Origin: Promethearchaeota archaeon
GTDB lineage: Archaea > Asgardarchaeota > Lokiarchaeia > Sigyniarchaeales > Promethearchaeaceae
Direction: 5' to 3'
DNA length: 32,000 bases
NCBI GenBank assembly: GCA_016933055.1
Contig: JAFGBS010000004.1
Coordinates: 360,001 to 392,000 of the forward strand
Shown: in pieces, positions 7,696 to 17,174 of the stretch
Layout of the letters: every line of letters begins with the position of its first letter
How positions within the stretch are numbered: position 1 is the stretch's first letter
Program-made: the position numbers and the translations under genes
Notes under the pieces: model-generated
What the model was told of the DNA's origin: nothing
The model's database searches: none
What the model saw: only the letters and a program-made list of their open reading frames with translations

Positions 7696-9885
7696 ATGGC
7701 AAAAAGGAAAAAGAAATCAAAGAAAAAAAGAGAAAAAGGGTATTATAGATTACAGTCCCCCATAGGTACTGCATTTCGATTGCTGTTTCTCTCATTGTTT
7801 GTGCAATTTCCGGGAGATAGTTCCAGTGCCATTTTTACCATCATCAACGCTATAAAAATCGGATATTTTGATATTATGGGAATGCTTCCCGTAATCATCG
7901 CGGTAGGTATTTTTATCATATCTCTTATAATCAGAAAAAAATGGCCACGCGTGGTTCCGATCTTGTGCAACACCGTTATGTTCATCTGGTTAGGTATGTA
8001 TATGACGTGGATGTCTCGATCGATTGTGGAGCTATTAGGTTACATCATAATCGATACTAATCAAATCAATGGAGAATTGATCTTCAATGGTGTTGTTGGT
8101 CTTTTTTGGTATATTATTAGTTTTGGTACCATAAATCGGATGAAAAATTCTTTCCGTGATTTAGAACCCGAAACCGATACAATGATCGTAGTGATCTGGG
8201 TGATGATTATTATGGTACACATTTTTGGGATTCTTGCGACCATACCTGCATTTTTACAGCCCGGAATTGACTTTTTGGGTGCATCTGGTTACGAAAGTAT
8301 GATTAGTTTTCTTATGTATTTGTTCCCAATCGGGTATATCATAAAATTAATTATGAGTGGACTACGAGCAATTCGGGAATTCCGACGAGCCAAAAAGTCC
8401 CAATGGGGATTACAACAAGCTTTATTAGTTGTCTTATTCATCTTTGCTTGGATCCCATTGTTGGGTCATGTGATTGATGGCGGAATGAATTCTCGGGACC
8501 ATTCTGTATATAACACTCGACCCACGGGTAATTCAGAATTCCGGGAATATGTGGAATCCCAAGGCTATGAAACTTATGCCATTCAATCCTCACTAAGTTC
8601 ATTGATTCGGATGAATCGCAGTGTAGTTTTAGTAGTATTCGATCCTAAACAAACCTATAATCCTCTTGCAGAAGTGCCTTTTTTCATTGAGATGTTCAAC
8701 CAAAGTCATGATTTCTCCATGTTAATTTGCGATGATCACGGAAGTACTACCTCGTTAATGACAGAGATGTTTCTTTCATCGGCCGCTGCATCGGGCAGCT
8801 TGGACAATACGGTCCCCTTAGCATTATTTCCTAAAGGAACTTTGATTGATAACGCAACCTATGATACAGCGCCATGGTTTCCTATAATCCAAGATTTTAC
8901 TAGCCATCCCACTACATCTGGTGTGACTCAAGTGGTATTATCCCGAGCATCAGCGATTTTAGGAGGAGATTTACTGAGTTTTTTTGGATGGGAGACGATT
9001 GGTCGAAGCTCTGCATCTTACTCTTTTGTGGATGTTAATGGGGATAATATGTATCGATATGAAGATGATAATTATCCTATTCCAGAAGCATTGATCAACG
9101 TACTCGCAGATTTTGCTGGATTATACTTCCCCGAAGGCATACCCCTTGGAGGATATCCCCAAGTTACTTTTGCAGCGAAAGAGATTTCTGCTGGGCGACG
9201 TATCTTTCTTTCTTCGGATGCTTCCTTATTTGACAATGAACTCATTACGAAATATGACAACTTACAATTTGCACAAAATATAATGGAATGGTTGACGGGG
9301 GGGGATACTAGTATAGCTATTGTATTTGATGAATCCCATAATGCACCCTATGGTCGCAGGGAATTCAATTCTGCAGCGATGTTCGGAATGTTCCAAGGTT
9401 ATATCAATTGGTTATCTACTAATCCGTTTCTCTCGTGGATTTATCCTTTATGGGCGGTTCGTATCATTGCAAGATGGGTTCCCAAAGAAGGTGACAAACG
9501 TCGACGCAAGAGGAGACAAGAGGAAGAAGTTGAGGAAGAAATAAAAGAACTACAATTCCGAACCAGCTCGTTTTTCGCTGAAAAAATCAATTGGTATCGT
9601 ATCAACAAAGAATACAACCAAGCGCTGGTATTACTCTATCGACGTCTTGAGCGTAAAATCAATAAAATGATGGGAGGAGCAGCATCATCTGTAGATACCA
9701 TTCTAGCGACTATTAAGGAAGCCCAGAAACAATATATGAAAGATGAAGAGTACCTTCGCATTAAAGCATTCCTTATCAAAATGGAGCAAGTGAAGAAGAA
9801 CGAAATCGAAATAGTGGATGAAAGTGAATTTCGGGACATGTTTTTCGAGATGGAATGGGTGAATGAACACATCCGACATTTCTAA
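7696..9885 (+). CDS. Multi-pass membrane protein with DUF4350 / GIFT (GldG-IFT52)-like extracellular domain and charged cytoplasmic C-terminus
   Basis: About 7 N-terminal TM helices; DHSVYNTRPTGNSEFREYVESQGY (DUF4350-type start); RIFLSSDASLFDNELI...NLQFAQNIMEWL and IVFDESH; then a membrane-associated segment and a helical C-terminal domain (EYNQALVLLYRRLERKI). Confidence 0.75.
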   Translation: MAKRKKKSKKKREKGYYRLQSPIGTAFRLLFLSLFVQFPGDSSSAIFTIINAIKIGYFDIMGMLPVIIAVGIFIISLIIRKKWPRVVPILCNTVMFIWLGMYMTWMSRSIVELLGYIIIDTNQINGELIFNGVVGLFWYIISFGTINRMKNSFRDLEPETDTMIVVIWVMIIMVHIFGILATIPAFLQPGIDFLGASGYESMISFLMYLFPIGYIIKLIMSGLRAIREFRRAKKSQWGLQQALLVVLFIFAWIPLLGHVIDGGMNSRDHSVYNTRPTGNSEFREYVESQGYETYAIQSSLSSLIRMNRSVVLVVFDPKQTYNPLAEVPFFIEMFNQSHDFSMLICDDHGSTTSLMTEMFLSSAAASGSLDNTVPLALFPKGTLIDNATYDTAPWFPIIQDFTSHPTTSGVTQVVLSRASAILGGDLLSFFGWETIGRSSASYSFVDVNGDNMYRYEDDNYPIPEALINVLADFAGLYFPEGIPLGGYPQVTFAAKEISAGRRIFLSSDASLFDNELITKYDNLQFAQNIMEWLTGGDTSIAIVFDESHNAPYGRREFNSAAMFGMFQGYINWLSTNPFLSWIYPLWAVRIIARWVPKEGDKRRRKRRQEEEVEEEIKELQFRTSSFFAEKINWYRINKEYNQALVLLYRRLERKINKMMGGAASSVDTILATIKEAQKQYMKDEEYLRIKAFLIKMEQVKKNEIEIVDESEFRDMFFEMEWVNEHIRHF

Positions 9886-9903
9886 CTTCCTATACCTTTG
9901 TAC

Positions 9904-10155
9904 TTATTCTTTTTTTCTGCCGAACACTATTGCAATATAGACAACCAGTCCAATAAATGAAATCCATAACTCAATTGCGTATAAACGGCGTACTACCATG
10001 GTTTCATAAGGTAAATCCACTGCTGATCCAAAACATATTAGCTGTCCTGCTGTGAATACAAAAAAGAACTGACACATGCAATACAAAATCTGTAGAACAA
10101 AAATACTAATTACAGTTGCATGAAAAATCTGCCAAAAAATCTTCTTTTTATCCAT
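9904..10155 (-). CDS. Small hypothetical membrane protein (2 TM)
   Basis: 83 aa, basic N- and C-termini flanking two hydrophobic helices; convergent with 7696..9885. Confidence 0.65.
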   Translation of the reverse strand: MDKKKIFWQIFHATVISIFVLQILYCMCQFFFVFTAGQLICFGSAVDLPYETMVVRRLYAIELWISFIGLVVYIAIVFGRKKE

Positions 10156-10281
10156 AGATGCTTTATGCCTCCTAAATCTATATTAATTTTTACATCGAAA
10201 ACGGGATTCAGCAATATGGTTGATGGGTTATAAGAATGGGTTTTAAACGCTATTAAGTAATATACTAGAAATAGAACCACA

Positions 10282-11289
10282 ATGAAATATCGAAAAGTTG
10301 GAAAATCGGGATTGCGCATCAGTGAAATATCCTTGGGATCTTGGTTGACGTATGGTGGATCGGTAGAGCGAAAACAAGCCAAAAAATGTCTCAAGACTGC
10401 TTTAGAAAACGGGATTAACTTTATTGACTCCGCAGAAGCGTATGCGAAGGGAGCTGCGGAGGAACTTATTGGAGAATTTTTCACCGAAGACACGTATAAC
10501 CGTCACGAGTACGTACTTTCCAGTAAAGTATTCTGGCCGTTCAATGATTATGATGTGAACCGGTGGGGATTGGGAAGGAAAAACATTCGAAATGCAATCA
10601 ATGGGACTCTAGAACGCCTGCATATGGACTACATCGACATCTATTTTATGCATCGATATGACTATACTACTCCCTTGAAGGAAACCATGATGATTTTGGA
10701 TGATTTGATCCATGAGGGAAAGATCCATTATTGGGGGACAAGTGTCTGGACGGCAGCCCAGCTTGAGCGTGCAAACGCAATTGCTAAAGAATACGGATTA
10801 CATAAGCCAATAGTCGAGCAACCGATGTATAATATGTTTTTCAGGCATATTGAACTTGAAATTATGCCAGTAGCGATAACTCATGGGATGGGTTTTACCG
10901 TGTGGTCCCCATTAGGTCAAGGATTACTTACAGGAAAATATAACGATGGCACAATTCCCAAAGGAAGTAGAGGGGAGAACATGGAATCCATTCAAAAATT
11001 TCTCAAACCAAAAAATATAGAAAAATTACAGAAACTCACAGAAATCGCCACAAAAAATCATCTTACCCTAAGCCAACTCGCACTGGCTTGGATATTACGA
11101 CATCCAGAAATCTCGTGTGCCATAACAGGAGCTACTACCCCTCAACACATACTAGAAAATGTAATAGCATCCGATGTGAATTTGGAACCCGATATATGGA
11201 AGACAGTTGATACTATACTTGATAATGAACCTCAATGGCCACGAACGTATGAACCAAACCGCTATTTTACGGATAAAATGCGATATTGA
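10282..11289 (+). CDS. Aldo/keto reductase (Kv-beta-like / AKR6-type subfamily)
   Basis: MKYRKVGKSGLRISEISLGSWLTYGG; catalytic tetrad candidates in IDSAEAY (D, Y), SSKVFW (K) and FMHRYD (H); WSPLGQGLLTGKY; QLALAWIL...AITGAT. Confidence 0.93.
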   Translation: MKYRKVGKSGLRISEISLGSWLTYGGSVERKQAKKCLKTALENGINFIDSAEAYAKGAAEELIGEFFTEDTYNRHEYVLSSKVFWPFNDYDVNRWGLGRKNIRNAINGTLERLHMDYIDIYFMHRYDYTTPLKETMMILDDLIHEGKIHYWGTSVWTAAQLERANAIAKEYGLHKPIVEQPMYNMFFRHIELEIMPVAITHGMGFTVWSPLGQGLLTGKYNDGTIPKGSRGENMESIQKFLKPKNIEKLQKLTEIATKNHLTLSQLALAWILRHPEISCAITGATTPQHILENVIASDVNLEPDIWKTVDTILDNEPQWPRTYEPNRYFTDKMRY

Positions 11290-11338
11290 TCCATTTCTTG
11301 ATTTTTTTCAGAAGCCTCAATATCAGCATGATTATTCC

Positions 11339-11569
11339 CTATAATTTAGTAACTTCGATAATCGAAACCGGGCAGGCTTCTTCTGCTTCTAATGCAGCTT
11401 CCATTTCCTCATCTTCGAACTCCCCAGTAGACGTACTTGTATCGGTCTCGCCCCCCACTACTTGTGCAAGCGCTTCATCATCACTTTCGAAATGAATTGG
11501 ATCCACCGTATAGCAATTGCCGCATGCAATACACTCCTCCCGATTTATCACGATTTTATATTTTGCCAT
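11339..11569 (-). CDS. Monocluster [4Fe-4S]/[3Fe-4S] ferredoxin
   Basis: CIACGNC plus distal ACPVSII; acidic, 76 aa. Confidence 0.92.
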   Translation of the reverse strand: MAKYKIVINREECIACGNCYTVDPIHFESDDEALAQVVGGETDTSTSTGEFEDEEMEAALEAEEACPVSIIEVTKL

Positions 11570-11662
11570 TTCACAGATAATTCTGATGAGAATTTTATAA
11601 AATTATTGTTAATAAAAAAGAGTAAAATCTCAGGCTGCAAAAAATTCACGCATCCTAAGTGT

Positions 11663-12145
11663 TTAGAAATCGTTTCGGATTGACTTTGCGTATTCTTCAA
11701 AGAATTCCAATACGCCATCTTTAGGAGGTGGGGGATTCTGTCCTCTTACTTGTCCGGATAGCCACTCTGGATGGATCTTGTTAAAGTCGGGTCCTTTAAT
11801 GGTTTTATGATATCTTCTACCCCATAAATTTGCGATTTTTTTTGGGAGTGCATGTGTGAGAAATACTGCTCCATAGGGTACTGTAAAATTTAGTTTGCGT
11901 ATTTCTTGCTTGAACCGTTTTATCCAGTTTTTAGAAGAAGCGCTAGTGGAAAAAGCTCGTATAGCTGCCCCAATAATCACTACATCGGGTTTACCCTCTG
12001 CAACTTTTTTTGGATCTACTTGCTTTACGTGACCAATATGCACATCAGCAGAAGATTTCAATGCGTTTTGCATAGTTTCTGCAATCAATTTTCCATTTCC
12101 GAGTTGTGTATCGTGTAAAATCCATACTTTCATTTTTCTTTTCAC
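11663..12145 (-). CDS. Flavodoxin-like domain protein
   Basis: KVWILHDTQLGNGKLIAE (flavodoxin phosphate-loop-like) and DVVIIGAAIRAF; GTG start at 12145 or ATG at 12133. Confidence 0.75.
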   Translation of the reverse strand: MKRKMKVWILHDTQLGNGKLIAETMQNALKSSADVHIGHVKQVDPKKVAEGKPDVVIIGAAIRAFSTSASSKNWIKRFKQEIRKLNFTVPYGAVFLTHALPKKIANLWGRRYHKTIKGPDFNKIHPEWLSGQVRGQNPPPPKDGVLEFFEEYAKSIRNDF

Positions 12146-12266
12146 CTTGGGTTATTACAATATGTTATAACGAATGGTAACTTTAAACCTTGAACAGTGA
12201 TATTTTTTTCCATCATAGAGGTCACATTTCTATAAGTTTTTTATCCATTCTCCCCAGTCTTTCTTC

Positions 12267-13838
12267 ATGCCACACTTGTTTGCAGCAGATCGGATCTATA
12301 CCCTAGACCACCCTAATGAATTTTACAAAGCAATGATTGTGAATGATGGTAAAATTCAAAATCTTTTGGGAGAAAACGAGTTTGAACAAGAAAAAGCAAA
12401 CCCAGTATACGAAAAAATCCACGAATTCTCCGGTTATATATTCCCCGGATTTATAGATTCCCATATTCATGCGATTAGTTATGGGAAATATCTGGATTAT
12501 GTTGACTTACGATCCGTCCAATCCATCGAAGAATTAATCCATAAAATCTCGTTAAAAGCAAAAAATACTCCTGAAGGTGAGTGGATTTATGGATTTGGTT
12601 GGAATCAAGTGAAATTCACTGAACAACGCTTACCAAATAAACAGGATTTAGATAGAATATCTATGAATCATCCGATCATCCTCAAACGAGTATGTACTCA
12701 TATCTTAGTAGCAAATTCAGTGGTGCTAGGTAAGGCAGACATCAATGAGCAAACACCAGAACCGCCTGGTGGTATCATTGATAGAGATAAACTAGGTAGA
12801 CCAACGGGGATTTTACGAGAAACCGCTATAGATTTGCTAGACCCTATAATTCCCCAATCAATTGAGCATGATATAATAAGATGGCTGCAAACTGCTCAAT
12901 CACAGTTGAATTCATTTGGTATTACATCTATTCATACATTGGATGAGTATTGTTATCCTGTGTATCGTTCATTAAAAGATCAACTTACTGTTCGAGTTTA
13001 TTTTTGTCCAAAATACAAAAATTTGTCGAAAATCTATGAGATGGAAGAAAGTGCAAAAACAGGGGTTGGAGATGACTTTTTACGATTAGGGCGAGTCAAA
13101 CTATTCGCTGATGGTTCCTTGGGAGCGCAGACTGCTGCATTAAAAGAACCTTATGAAAATACTGAAAACTATGGGATACCAACGCACTCATTAGATGAAC
13201 TTATGGGACTGATTAAGAACGCAGACGAAATGGGATGGCAAATTGAAACGCACGCGATAGGAGATAAAGCGGCTGAATTGACATTAAATTGCTATGAAAA
13301 GATTTACCACTCAAATTATAGACCTGTTCTTACTCATTGTCAAATACTCGCAGCAGATTTGATCCAGCGTATGGCGGACCTTGAGGTAATTGCATCCATT
13401 CAACCCATCTTTATTGAACAAGATATGGATTTTGTGGAAGATTTTGTAGGAAAAAAGCGGATGGGTTATGCATATGCTTGGAAAAGTTTACTCGATGGGA
13501 GGGTTCATTGTTCTGGAGGTTCTGATTGCCCTGTTGATTCTCCTAATCCCCTGTTTGGGATACATTGTGCGGTAACACGGATGAAATTGGAAGGTATACC
13601 TAGCCATGGATGGATTCCCGCGCAAAAAATTACGGTTTGGGATGCTTTTCGCTTATTTACCATTGATGCGGCTTATGCAGAATATCAAGAGCACCAAAAA
13701 GGATTACTGAAACTGAATTATCTTGCCGATTTTGTATTATTGGATAAAAATCCATTTCAAATACCTGAAGACGAGATCCAATCTATTCGAGTTTTGAAGA
13801 CGTTTTTGGCGGGAAAGGAGGTTTATTCCCGGGAATAA
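12267..13838 (+). CDS. Metal-dependent amidohydrolase (Amidohydro_3 / YtcJ-like)
   Basis: PGFIDSHIH, KLFADGSLGAQTAAL, ETHAIGD, LTHCQ, GGSDCPV, FTIDAAY...KGLL....ADFVLLD. Confidence 0.92.
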   Translation: MPHLFAADRIYTLDHPNEFYKAMIVNDGKIQNLLGENEFEQEKANPVYEKIHEFSGYIFPGFIDSHIHAISYGKYLDYVDLRSVQSIEELIHKISLKAKNTPEGEWIYGFGWNQVKFTEQRLPNKQDLDRISMNHPIILKRVCTHILVANSVVLGKADINEQTPEPPGGIIDRDKLGRPTGILRETAIDLLDPIIPQSIEHDIIRWLQTAQSQLNSFGITSIHTLDEYCYPVYRSLKDQLTVRVYFCPKYKNLSKIYEMEESAKTGVGDDFLRLGRVKLFADGSLGAQTAALKEPYENTENYGIPTHSLDELMGLIKNADEMGWQIETHAIGDKAAELTLNCYEKIYHSNYRPVLTHCQILAADLIQRMADLEVIASIQPIFIEQDMDFVEDFVGKKRMGYAYAWKSLLDGRVHCSGGSDCPVDSPNPLFGIHCAVTRMKLEGIPSHGWIPAQKITVWDAFRLFTIDAAYAEYQEHQKGLLKLNYLADFVLLDKNPFQIPEDEIQSIRVLKTFLAGKEVYSRE

Positions 13839-13883
13839 ATAGACTCCATAAAATTTTCACTCACCATTGGAAGTCTACCTTTA

Positions 13884-15629
13884 TTAAAATACAAATTGTT
13901 GTAGCGATCCATAATCTACCGTTGGTAGGGATATCAGAGAAGGATGTGTAGTATTACAGTAGACTTTATTCTTAGCAACAAAATAGGTATTATTCTGCCA
14001 TAGAGGATCACCAGTATTAGGATTAGTTTCAAACCGTGGATAATTTGAACTGGAAATTATCAACCGGATTTGATGTTCTACATTAAATAGGTATGCAGTA
14101 CTCTCCAATGGTATGGTAATTCCATAGATTGTATCTGGTTCCATAAACTCCCAATCGGAAAGAGTATTTCTATTTCGTACTCGGAGAATTGTATCCGTTA
14201 CTAACATAGATCTCCCGTCCGGATAGACATCGGTTAATTTTACCGTAATATCGGTATCCGTACAGTTGGATGAGACATACAATGTAATGTTAATTTGACC
14301 AACAACCGTTAATGCTTCACTTAATTCGGGGGTTTCAAAAATAATTATATCACTTCGGTTCTCTATCGCTGCTTGATCATATATACCAGCAGCTATCACT
14401 AAATTATTTCCTCCTATCGTAACTATTGGATTTTCAGGATTCCATTCCCATTCAACAGAATTATAAACAGGATCATTAGGAGTGCCTAATAATCCGTAAG
14501 GTTCTGATCCCTCGTCAAGTGAAAGATAGAGATCGGTAGTATTCACGGAGATTGGCCAACCCTCCGCTCTGTACCATCGATTAGCCACGTTACTGGGATT
14601 GTACTCCACGGAACTCATCAGATAGAATAATATAGTTGGATAGTGATCCCAGAGAGTAGAATCTCCCCTCAACCATTTATCAAATACAGCATCTGCAATA
14701 TTAGTCACAATTGCTGCATCCTGATTTGGAAATTCCATTTCACCGGTTGGACCTCCATAAAAATTCCCGTGCAACCAAGGACCCATCACCAATTTTGCAT
14801 TTCCTTGTGCAAGATCTCCTCCCTTATATTGATATCCAAGGAACGCATCAATGGTACCTTGGGAGAAAATATCATACCAGCCTCCGAAATGCATGGATGC
14901 AGTATTCACTTGCTCATAGTTTTCCTGAATTCTCATGGGATCCCATATTTCTGAAAGTTTTTCGTTTAAGATTACATGCATAATTGCTTCTTCGGAGTAT
15001 CCATTTCCTTCCATCCATGGAATTATAAGTTCTCGTCGTAATTGTCCCCCTTTGAATATTACATTATACAAATCAGGCGAACCTACGATAGGTAGTTGAC
15101 ATTTTAAGGACTCTGGTGCATTGGGAGCCATTAGATATTGGGTTATACCTAATGCGGATCCGCCCCATGTACCGACCTTTTTATTACTCCATGGTTGTTT
15201 TTCCAGCCAGCTCAGAGTATCATGTCCATCCACTTGTGCGAAGGAGAATGGGAATCCTTTTTCCCCTTCTGAACCATGAAATCCCCTAGTGTCTTGAATG
15301 ACAACTATATATCCTCGTTGAGTGTAGGTTTGGATAAATGATCCGATGTTATTCTTATTATAGGGAGTTCGGATGAGAACAATTGGAAGAGAATTATTTA
15401 TATCCCGTGGAATATGAACGTCTGTAGCTAGTTGGATTGTATCCCTCATAGAAACTAGATATGGAATCGTAATGTAATCAGAATGAAATGTACAATTACG
15501 GGGAAAAGACCAATTGATTGAGTGAACGTACTTGTATCGAGTGGATGACAGATAAAAAACTCCTATCGTAATTCCTGAAGCAAGAACTATAAATCCAGAA
15601 AGAATCACTGCAAGGATTTTTTTCTTCAC
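13884..15629 (-). CDS. Membrane-anchored CocE/NonD family (S15-like) serine hydrolase
   Basis: N-terminal TM; LIRTPYNK, QDTRG...SEG, nucleophile motif GTWGGSALG, GGWYDIF (Asp), GPWLHG (His), C-terminal RLIISSSNYPRF. Confidence 0.92.
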   Translation of the reverse strand: MKKKILAVILSGFIVLASGITIGVFYLSSTRYKYVHSINWSFPRNCTFHSDYITIPYLVSMRDTIQLATDVHIPRDINNSLPIVLIRTPYNKNNIGSFIQTYTQRGYIVVIQDTRGFHGSEGEKGFPFSFAQVDGHDTLSWLEKQPWSNKKVGTWGGSALGITQYLMAPNAPESLKCQLPIVGSPDLYNVIFKGGQLRRELIIPWMEGNGYSEEAIMHVILNEKLSEIWDPMRIQENYEQVNTASMHFGGWYDIFSQGTIDAFLGYQYKGGDLAQGNAKLVMGPWLHGNFYGGPTGEMEFPNQDAAIVTNIADAVFDKWLRGDSTLWDHYPTILFYLMSSVEYNPSNVANRWYRAEGWPISVNTTDLYLSLDEGSEPYGLLGTPNDPVYNSVEWEWNPENPIVTIGGNNLVIAAGIYDQAAIENRSDIIIFETPELSEALTVVGQINITLYVSSNCTDTDITVKLTDVYPDGRSMLVTDTILRVRNRNTLSDWEFMEPDTIYGITIPLESTAYLFNVEHQIRLIISSSNYPRFETNPNTGDPLWQNNTYFVAKNKVYCNTTHPSLISLPTVDYGSLQQFVF

Positions 15630-15782
15630 ACACTAAAATTATTGCTTGTGAATTATATACTTAAGGATGCTTCTAATGAACAAATTAGGGTACATGGGTT
15701 AATGGTATAAACAACGGTATCATTTGTTTGATAACTTGTCTTTTGCAATTTTGATGAGAGTAGGAAATAGAGAACTACTAAG

Positions 15783-16082
15783 TCAATCTTTATCTTCTGT
15801 AAACTCGTTTTCTCTTCGTTCTTTCCGTCGGAACCATTTATTAAGTTCCACCATAATTCTGGCACTTTGGCTTACCATTCCCAGTGTAGCAGACAGTAAA
15901 ATTATTCCTATTACCAAAAAGAATAATAATGCCAGTGCTGCACCAATCCAAAGCGGAGAAAGTACCCATAACCATGACCAGTCAATTACACCAGTCAGTT
16001 TCATGATAATGAACACAATTAGGAGAAGAGATGGTAAGCTTATGCTACCACTGATATTTCTACGTTTATAATCATCCGTCAT
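15783..16082 (-). CDS. Small membrane protein, Tmemb_185A ('transmembrane Fragile-X-F')-like repeat
   Basis: LLIVFIIMKLTGVIDWSWLWVLSPLWI matches the KL.G.I.WSW.WV..PLW motif of this family as recalled. Confidence 0.75.
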   Translation of the reverse strand: MTDDYKRRNISGSISLPSLLLIVFIIMKLTGVIDWSWLWVLSPLWIGAALALLFFLVIGIILLSATLGMVSQSARIMVELNKWFRRKERRENEFTEDKD

Positions 16083-16379
16083 TTTCCTAGTATGAGCTTA
16101 GTATCGATCTAAAAAATAGTTTCCTTGATGTTTTTTTGTATCCTTACTTTGCCTCAGTGAAAAAACACTGTAATTTTCAAAATTATTTAATTTTCCATAT
16201 AACCTCATAATCTTGAACGTTATTGTTCTTGGCTTTAAAGCCGAGAAATATAACAGTATAGGAATATGATCAAAAAGGGAAGGATTGTATGTGTACAAGG
16301 GATAATAATTCATTCCATATCAGCTAAAAGTGTAAAATTACTCCAAACCGATAATTAAGCTTGTATTTTTAATCGTATT

Positions 16380-17174
16380 TCAGTTTTTCATCACTTTCTT
16401 GCCTCCAACAGCTTCAGAAAATCGTTTTGGCATTGTTTTTTTATGGACCACATAATTCAATGCAAAAAGCAGAACGATCCAACTACATAAGATCAAAATG
16501 TTCATTCCAGGTGAAATGACGCTGATTTCATTAATGCAACCTCTTAGTAGCTCAGTTAAATACGTAAGGGGAGAGATCAGGTTGATTATAGAACTGTATG
16601 AAGTGAGATCTTTTAATGGAATGAAAACCCCTCCTAGGAATAATAACGGAAACTTAACTAAATTAACCAAAACCATAATATCAGAGGTCTGATCGGTAGG
16701 TTTTGCGGACACCAACAATGCAAGTAGGGACCCTAACAATCCCATTAAAAAAATCCCAAAAAATATCATAAGACCTGCGATTACAGAGGTTAACAGGAAG
16801 GGATAAACAATTAAAAAAATGCCCGTAATAATGGTTGAAATTACAAATGAATAAATTGTTGACGCCAAGGTTATTCCCAGGAGGATTTCAACTAAGGAGA
16901 TTGGAGCCGCCAACAATCGTTCCAAGGATTTCTCGCGGGTCTCTATGGGTAAAATTACGGGACTGATTGCTGTGGCAGTAAAAAAGGATGTCATACTGAC
17001 AATTCCTATGAAAATCTGATCCGACGATATCTCTCTTCCGAGAATCCAAGAAATAAGCATAAAAAAGGGAAATAGCAGTCCAAAGATTAATACGGGTCCT
17101 TTTTTAATATAAAGAATAAAATTTTTCCGTGTAAGCGTTATTATTGTCTTCAATTCAATGTGTCTCATTTCCAA
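16380..17174 (-). CDS. ABC-2 type transporter permease
   Basis: Six TM helices; EAA-like ETREKSLERLLAAP; FLGGVFIPL; SPLTYLTELLR; overlaps the ATPase gene by 20 nt. Confidence 0.9.
   Translation of the reverse strand: MEMRHIELKTIITLTRKNFILYIKKGPVLIFGLLFPFFMLISWILGREISSDQIFIGIVSMTSFFTATAISPVILPIETREKSLERLLAAPISLVEILLGITLASTIYSFVISTIITGIFLIVYPFLLTSVIAGLMIFFGIFLMGLLGSLLALLVSAKPTDQTSDIMVLVNLVKFPLLFLGGVFIPLKDLTSYSSIINLISPLTYLTELLRGCINEISVISPGMNILILCSWIVLLFALNYVVHKKTMPKRFSEAVGGKKVMKN

Noticed and set aside
9882-9895. CTAAC-ttcc-TATAC after the DUF4350-like gene resembling CTAACTATAC near 31746-31755 as possible insertion-site repeats
   Set aside because: Too short and gapped for an AT-rich sequence; expected by chance; no integrase or transposase nearby.
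10282-11289. Kv-beta-like aldo/keto reductase as a eukaryotic signature (channel subunit)
   Set aside because: This AKR subfamily is widespread in bacteria and archaea and no channel gene is adjacent.
16098-16313. 71-aa minus-strand ORF between the ABC permease and the TMEM185-like gene
   Set aside because: Composition looks like translated intergenic DNA; no motif; probably promoter region.
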